Assembly (NCBI RefSeq): GCF_036323395.1
Contig: NZ_AP028907.1
Location: 390,001 to 422,000, forward strand
DNA from: Pyrodictium abyssi
GTDB lineage: Archaea; Thermoproteota; Thermoprotei_A; Sulfolobales; Pyrodictiaceae
Length of the DNA stretch: 32,000 nucleotides
Reading direction: 5' to 3'
The stretch's first letter is position 1. Every line of letters starts with the position of its first letter. Position numbers and translations under genes: made by a program. Positions 26,996 through 32,000 of this stretch are shown piece by piece. The notes under the pieces were generated by a model that saw nothing but the letters and a program-made list of their open reading frames with translations, had not been told where the DNA came from and did not search any database.

Positions 26996-28199
26996 CTACC
27001 AGCGGCGCCAGAACCCGGGGAGCTTCTTCAGCTGCCTCTTGAGGGCTTCTGGCTCCATCACCGTGTCGCCGTGGATTACGGCTTTTATTGCCAGGTCTCT
27101 GGTGCTCCGGGCTCCCTTTCCAGTAGTACGATGTTGGCTACTGCTCTGTCCCGTATCACGCCTATGGGTGCGCCGAGTAGCTCTGACGCCTTGCCGGTGG
27201 CTGTCCGTAGGGCGTCCCAGAAGCTTAGCCCAGCCTCCATGTAGGCGTCTAGCTCCTCCCAGAGGCTTGCCCCCGGGTTCAGGGCAAAGTTAGGCAGGTC
27301 GGCCCGGCTACTATCTTCACGCGGTTCTCGGAGAGTATGCGGAGCGCTGTGACAAGCTTCAGATATACCTTCCTTACCTCCTTCCGCTTTGTCTTCGCGA
27401 GGTACTTGTACCACGGGGATACTAGCTTCGAGTACTTCCTCTTGTCCACGCGTAGCTTGCCGACGGCAGCCCGGTATACCGAGAACGTGGGGACTACAGC
27501 GGTGCCGCGCCGTGCTAGCCGCCGGGCTATCTCCTCTAGCGTGCCCTCGTCTATGGCCTCCCAGGACTCTAGCAGACCGGCGCCCGGCCTGAGCTTGGCT
27601 ATGGAGTCTATGTGCTCTATACAGTCGAACCCCAGCTCTATAGCCTTCAACACGCCTATGCCGTCCACGTGTCCTGTGACCCTAAGCCCATTCTCGTGCG
27701 CCCTGGCCACGGCCTCGCGGGCTAGGTTCTCGTCTACGTTGACGTACAGCTTGAGCCACCGGCAGCCCTCGACACGCGCCTTCTCCACCTCGCCCGCCAC
27801 GTCCCTGGCGGAGCCTACGGGCCTCATGTGGGGCCAGTGTAGCGGCGGCTTCTCCACGGCATAGGAGCAGTCTATGTGGAGGCCCGGGTCCACCGAGCGG
27901 AAGAGGGAGATGTTCTCCAGGAAGTTGCCGCAGTCCCGGACGCCGAGCACACCGTGCATCCGGAACAACCGTATAACGTTGGCCACCGAGTCGTAAAACA
28001 CGCCCGGCCTACCATCATAGGGCAGGTGTACGTGGGCGTCAACGAGCCCCGGGACCGCGCACGCGGCCTCCACGGCCCGGTCGAAGGGGCCGCTACGGCT
28101 GCCTACGCACACCACCCCGTCCTCTACGACTAGGTCTACCCCCTCGCGTAGCCGGTAGCCGTCAAACAGCGCCCCGGCGCGGACAAGGATACGCGCCAA
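26996..28199 (-). pseudogene. metal-dependent amidohydrolase (COG1228-like) disrupted by two frameshifts
   Basis: Three colinear pieces make up one gene.
- 27279..28199: N-terminal part with GLVDAHVHL, ending ...VKIVAGPTCLTLP*.
- 27085..27414: second frame, reading ...DLPNFALNPGASLWEELDAYMEAGLSFWDALRTATGKASELLG...NIVLLEREPGAPETWQ*.
- Untracked third frame: DLAIKAVIHGDTVMEPEALKRQLKKLPGFWRRW, ending at TAG 26996-26998.

Restoring one A at about 27301-27305 would give the canonical VAGTDLPN. Confidence 0.75.
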
Positions 28200-28311
28200 C
28201 AGAGGAGCCCTTCACGCTGACCGTAGGCATCCTCGTCTAGACACGGCCCCAGCCGGTATATAGCCGGGCGGGCTGCTCTGCGCCGCAGAGCCTCCCCGGC
28301 ATGGGTAAGGG

Positions 28312-29193
28312 CTAGCCGGGGCGCCGGCTAGCGATGTAGAGGAGCACAGCGGAGGCTGGTAGCAGGAGGGCCCTTGCCGCGAAGGGTAGGGCCGGGTCCA
28401 GCGAGGCAGCGCCCATCGCCGCGCCGTACTCCACTGCCGTGAAGCCGGCCTCCTCCATGTAGGCCGGTATGTACCACTCTAGGCCGCTTGAGGTGAGCGC
28501 GTCCAGTCCGTAGGCGGCGACGAGGAGGAGCAGCCACCGGTCGCCGATGCCCCTCAGCACGGGCCGGAGGCCGCCGGCCCCTGCGCCGCTGGTCTCGGTG
28601 AGGGCTGTGGCTAGTAGCAGCTGGAGCACAAGCGAGGCAACACCGACGGCGACTAGTAGGCTGTACATGCCCTGCTCGTAGAGGTAGCCGGCTAGCGGCA
28701 GCGTAACCAGCGGCGGCAGCGAGGGCGCGACGCGGACAGCCAGCATGTAGAGGGTCCCCTGCATCCTCCGCGGGGACGACTCTAGCGCCAGCGCGTGCAT
28801 GGCTGGCGAGGCGAGCCCAACAGCGAGGAAGTATGTGGGGAAGCCAGCGTAGACCGGTACTCTGCCCGGCAGCAGCATGGCGGCGAGGGCTAGCGCTGAT
28901 GCCGAGAGGCCAGCCATCATGGCCTTCTTCCTGCCGAGCCTGTCGGCTAGCACCCCGCCGGCCAGGGTGCCGGCCAGCATGCCTGCCTCGGAGGCGGTGT
29001 AGAGGAGCCCCAACGTGGTCTTGGAGAGGTCTAGGCTCTGGGAGGCGTACAGCGGGAAGAACATTATCCACATACCGCAGAGCCCGGTGTACAGCGTGTT
29101 CATAGCCAGTAGCGGCACGTAGTTCCTCCTAGAAGCGGGGCTCTCTCCGGGACGCGCTACGGCCCACCACCGCCCCCGGGCTATCATATCCAC
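28312..29193 (-). CDS. MFS-type transporter, apparently C-terminally truncated
   Basis: 293-aa ORF with the MFS loop 2-3 signature GVLADRLGRKK and about 8 hydrophobic segments. The ORF ends where TM9-12 would be expected, and only 112 nt remain before the next gene. ATATAT at 29215-29220 lies 22-27 nt upstream of the ATG, consistent with a leaderless promoter. Confidence 0.7.
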   Translation of the reverse strand: MDMIARGRWWAVARPGESPASRRNYVPLLAMNTLYTGLCGMWIMFFPLYASQSLDLSKTTLGLLYTASEAGMLAGTLAGGVLADRLGRKKAMMAGLSASALALAAMLLPGRVPVYAGFPTYFLAVGLASPAMHALALESSPRRMQGTLYMLAVRVAPSLPPLVTLPLAGYLYEQGMYSLLVAVGVASLVLQLLLATALTETSGAGAGGLRPVLRGIGDRWLLLLVAAYGLDALTSSGLEWYIPAYMEEAGFTAVEYGAAMGAASLDPALPFAARALLLPASAVLLYIASRRPG

Positions 29194-29597
29194 GCAGTAG
29201 CCCCTTATACCTGCATATATGGCTAACCCGTGTTTCTATCTCTGGGCGGGCTATGGTATAGAAGGGGCAGGGCCGCAGCTCCTCTCCCGGGGCGATGTGG
29301 AGGCCCTTTCGTTAGCCGACCCGGGGGCCTGGGGCCCCGTGGGGGTGGCGTGAGCCCCGACTCCCGAGCCCCGTCTCTGCTGGCTCCTTCTCTCGTACGC
29401 CTCCTGTACAGGTGGTGTGGATCCGGGTATTCCAGGATGAAGGCATGGACCCTGGGTCCAGGTTTTAAGCTGTGATGGGGCCGTGTAGTACCACGATAAC
29501 ACATATCGTATTACCTGCGCATCTTGTGACTCAGCAGCCCCGCAACCCGGCTAGGCTAACTATGCGCCCCAGGCGGTAGAGTAGTGGGGACGCTGAC

Positions 29598-31517
29598 GTG
29601 GAGGCAGCAAAGACTACGGGGCGGCCAGCGGGCTCCGCCACAGTGGCGGAGTACTTAGAGGCAGCTGGCTTCGACGTCTTCGAGAACGCTAACCGGTACC
29701 CCGGGCCCAGCGGACTACTCACCTACGTGGCTGAGAAGGCCCTCGACACGCTAGTCTACAGCGAGCTGCCCGACGCCCTGGCGAAGGCGCACCTAGACGG
29801 CAGGGTCTACGTGCACAAGCTCCCCTACGCGCTCTTCATACCCTACTGTAGCGGCCACAGCGTGGAGAGGCTCCTCCGTAAGGGGCTCCGCACTCCAACG
29901 ATATCCGCGCGTCCCGCCCGGCACTTCGACACCTACGTGGACCACGTGGCGAACTACCTGATAGCTATGCAGCACTACTTCAGCGGAGCCCAGGCGTTCG
30001 GCGCGGTAGAGCTCTACGCGGGCCCCTTCATAAGGCGCGACGGCCTAGACTACCGCGCAGTGAAGCAGGGCGTACAGAGGCTCATCTACAACCTCAACTT
30101 CCCCAGCCGCACAGGCATGCAGACACCGTTCACCAACTTCACGGTGGTCCTGGACGCGGCGCGGAGCAAGCTAGAGAAGGACGACGCAGTCTACGCCGGC
30201 GAGCCCGCGGGCAAGCTGGGCGAGTACCTGGACGAGGCCCGCCTCTTCGTGAAAGCTCTCTACGAGGTCCACGGGGAGGGCGACGCCGCGGGCAGGCCCT
30301 TCACCTTCCCGATACCCACCGTCATGACGACGAGTAGGATGCTCTTCGACGACCCCGAGGTATTCGAGGCAGTGTTCAACGCTGCGGCACGGAGGGGCAC
30401 CGGGTACTGGCTCAACACCAGGGTCGTGGACCCCGACGCGAGCTTCGCCATGTGCTGCAGGATAAACATAGACATGAACGAGCTCCTCCACGCCATGAGG
30501 GCCGGGCCCAGGAGCATGAGGATACGCGACATCCGGCGGGAGCTCGAAGAGGCCCGCGAGGAGTACATCCGGAGCCTCGAGCGCCAGAGGATGGGCGGCC
30601 TATGGGCCGTACCGGACATAACCGGCAGCAAGGTGGTGATAACGGTCAACCTCCCCAGGCTAGCCCTCGAAGCCCGCGGCGACGACACAGCCTTCACAGA
30701 GGCCCTCGACGAGACACTGCGGCTCGTAAGGCAGGGACTAGAGTGGTTCGCCCGGCGCTACGAGAGGCTATCCAAGCTCTACCCAGGCTTCTACAGCATG
30801 GTGCTCGACTACCTCCCCGAGGTCTTCCGGCTCACGGGCACCCCGTACTTCCTAACAGTGGGCGTCATAGGGCTCCCCGAGGCAGCAGCGATAATGGCCG
30901 GCGACCCCAGAGCCTGGCACGAGGGCAGCAGGAGCCAGTGGCGCGAGATGGCCGAGTGGATGCGCCGGACAGTAGAGCACATCGTGGAGCACACGCGCCG
31001 GTGGAGCATGCGCACCGGGCTAGCCTTCAACGTCGAGGAGGTGCCCGGCGAGAGCGCGGCAGCGAAGCTGGCCAGGAGGGACTCCAGGCTCTACCCACGG
31101 GTCCTCGACTACCTCCCGGACAGGGAGGAGCCGGTCTACAGCACGAGCATAGCGCCCTACTACGCGCCGATGGAGCTATGGGAGCGGGTCGAGGTCGAGG
31201 AGCGGGTGCAGCCAGTCTTCACCGGCGGCGTGATGATGCACATCTTCCTCGGCGAAGAGCCCGACCCAGAAGCGCTCGCGAGCCTGACCCGGAGGCTGAC
31301 CGCGAACACGAGCCTAGTCTACTGGAGCTACACGCCAGCGGTAACAGTATGCCCCAGGTGCGGCTGGAGCGGCGTAGGCCTAGCCACCTCCTGCCCGCGC
31401 TGCGGCTCCGAGACCGAGATATGGAGCAGGATAATCGGCTACTACAGGCCGCTGCGTAACTGGAACCCTGCCCGCCGCCGCGAGTTCTGGACACGCCGCC
31501 ACTACGGCAAGATCTAG
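29598..31517 (+). CDS. nrdD: anaerobic (class III) ribonucleoside-triphosphate reductase
   Basis: 639-aa ORF with a GTG start. The C-terminal Zn ribbon is CPRCGWSGVGLATSCPRCG, followed by the glycyl-radical motif SRIIGYYRP. The N-terminal ENANR...YVHKL...YCSGHS region is typical of NrdD. Confidence 0.93.
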   Translation: MEAAKTTGRPAGSATVAEYLEAAGFDVFENANRYPGPSGLLTYVAEKALDTLVYSELPDALAKAHLDGRVYVHKLPYALFIPYCSGHSVERLLRKGLRTPTISARPARHFDTYVDHVANYLIAMQHYFSGAQAFGAVELYAGPFIRRDGLDYRAVKQGVQRLIYNLNFPSRTGMQTPFTNFTVVLDAARSKLEKDDAVYAGEPAGKLGEYLDEARLFVKALYEVHGEGDAAGRPFTFPIPTVMTTSRMLFDDPEVFEAVFNAAARRGTGYWLNTRVVDPDASFAMCCRINIDMNELLHAMRAGPRSMRIRDIRRELEEAREEYIRSLERQRMGGLWAVPDITGSKVVITVNLPRLALEARGDDTAFTEALDETLRLVRQGLEWFARRYERLSKLYPGFYSMVLDYLPEVFRLTGTPYFLTVGVIGLPEAAAIMAGDPRAWHEGSRSQWREMAEWMRRTVEHIVEHTRRWSMRTGLAFNVEEVPGESAAAKLARRDSRLYPRVLDYLPDREEPVYSTSIAPYYAPMELWERVEVEERVQPVFTGGVMMHIFLGEEPDPEALASLTRRLTANTSLVYWSYTPAVTVCPRCGWSGVGLATSCPRCGSETEIWSRIIGYYRPLRNWNPARRREFWTRRHYGKI

Positions 31518-31581
31518 CACCCCTCCCCGGCGGCCCAGGCCCTTTCCGCGGCAGACGACACGGTCCAAGGGGCACAGCGCC

Positions 31582-32000
31582 TTGCCGCTCATATCGTTTA
31601 TAGGGGTCCACGGCTCCGGGAAGACCTCCACAGCCCGGCTACTAGCCCGGCTCTACCCGGGCTGCTACCTCTACCACGAGCTAGAAGCCATAGACGAGGC
31701 CCACGGGCTACCCCCGGCCGCGCGCCAGCTCCTCTTCCTCTCCAGGTTCGTGGAGGGCTACCTCCAGGCATACAGAGAGTCCCAGAGCACCGGGAAAACA
31801 GTGGTCATGGACAGCCACCCCGTACTAGTGCCGGTCTATAGCCGGTGGTGGCTCCGGGGCCACGCAGAGGACACAGTAGAGGCCATGGAGAAGCTGCTCC
31901 AGGCGCTCCCGCCCGCAGACCTACTCGTCTACATAAGGGCAGGAGACCCCAAGGAGATAGCGCGCCGCATCCTCGCGCGGGGCCGCGCTGTGGCCAGGGA
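31582..32000 (+). CDS. P-loop deoxynucleoside-kinase-like protein, partial (continues past the window end)
   Basis: Not in the ORF track because it runs off the edge. Manual translation from TTG 31582 gives LPLISFIGVHGSGKTSTARLLARLYPG...VVMDSHPVLVPVYS...LLVYIRAGDPKEIARRILARGRAVAR, open to 32000. It has a Walker A motif and the dNK-style ...R(I)xxRGR... lid. The start codon is uncertain. Confidence 0.55.
   Translation, partial: MPLISFIGVHGSGKTSTARLLARLYPGCYLYHELEAIDEAHGLPPAARQLLFLSRFVEGYLQAYRESQSTGKTVVMDSHPVLVPVYSRWWLRGHAEDTVEAMEKLLQALPPADLLVYIRAGDPKEIARRILARGRAVAR

Noticed and set aside
25600-27000. SSV-type partitioned integrase fragment or att duplication at tRNA-Val.
   Set aside because: I translated all three minus frames through and downstream of the tRNA and found only short stop-interrupted pieces with no recombinase motifs. 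The only downstream echo of the tRNA 3' half is a 9-nt CCGGGGTTC at 26988-26996, too short to call an att site in GC-rich DNA.
29244-29565. RNase P or SRP RNA assignment for the nrdD upstream spacer, based on AACCCGGCU, GGAUCCGGGU and AGCAGCC motifs.
   Set aside because: The putative P4 halves are only about 130 nt apart and the pairing fails beyond 6 bp. There is no CR-I and no SRP helix-8 tetraloop context. CCUGUACAGG is palindromic and wrongly positioned for an Alu-domain motif.
30452-31459. 335-aa ORF in an alternative frame inside nrdD. Similar long ORFs occur at 28328..29071, 16437..16910, 19911..20327, 268..558, 21027..21485 and elsewhere.
   Set aside because: All are Arg/Pro/Gly/Ala-rich with low complexity. 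All lie fully inside, or antisense to, genes with clear family signatures. Long stop-free shadow frames are expected at this GC content.

Overview
GC-rich archaeal chromosome segment, mostly housekeeping genes. Codon usage (AUA, AGG), leaderless-style TATA spacing, GTG/TTG starts and the gene set suggest a hyperthermophilic crenarchaeon. A class III (anaerobic) ribonucleotide reductase points to an anaerobe, perhaps Pyrodictiaceae or Desulfurococcales; this placement is inference only.

Contents in order:
- 1-6.6 kb: near-complete pyrimidine cluster. pyrF-pyrE-pyrB-pyrI-pyrK-pyrC lie on the minus strand, diverging from a CysK-like PLP enzyme and pyrG.
- 6.7-9.6 kb: four regulators (Lrp, a small wHTH protein, Fur-like, wHTH+CBS).
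- 9.8-11.9 kb: an RHH / small membrane protein / NfeD protease unit.
- 12-17.7 kb: GPN-loop GTPase, DUF488, HTH-ThiN protein, M20 peptidase, diphthine synthase.
- 17.7-22 kb: a pterin-related patch (DUF1464, beta-RFAP synthase, HPS-like, MoeA).
- 22.3-25.7 kb: Clp1-like kinase, DHH phosphoesterase, MoaD-like protein, tRNA-Val(CAC).
- 25.7-29.6 kb: the only accessory-looking stretch. It holds a lower-GC islet with two orphan ORFs next to the tRNA, a doubly frameshifted amidohydrolase, a truncated-looking MFS transporter and a 400-nt ORF-free GC-rich spacer.
- 29.6-32 kb: nrdD and a partial deoxynucleoside-kinase-like gene.

Best-supported new call: a C/D box sRNA at 8510-8579 (minus strand). 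Its two 12-nt guides match adjacent conserved 16S rRNA segments.

Two long GC-rich ORF-free spacers (22.05-22.33 kb and 29.2-29.6 kb) are candidate structured RNAs that I could not classify.

I found no CRISPR array, no integrase or transposase, and no convincing multi-gene defence or other novel system. The tRNA-adjacent islet and the RHH-membrane-NfeD unit are the only multi-gene candidates, and both are weak.
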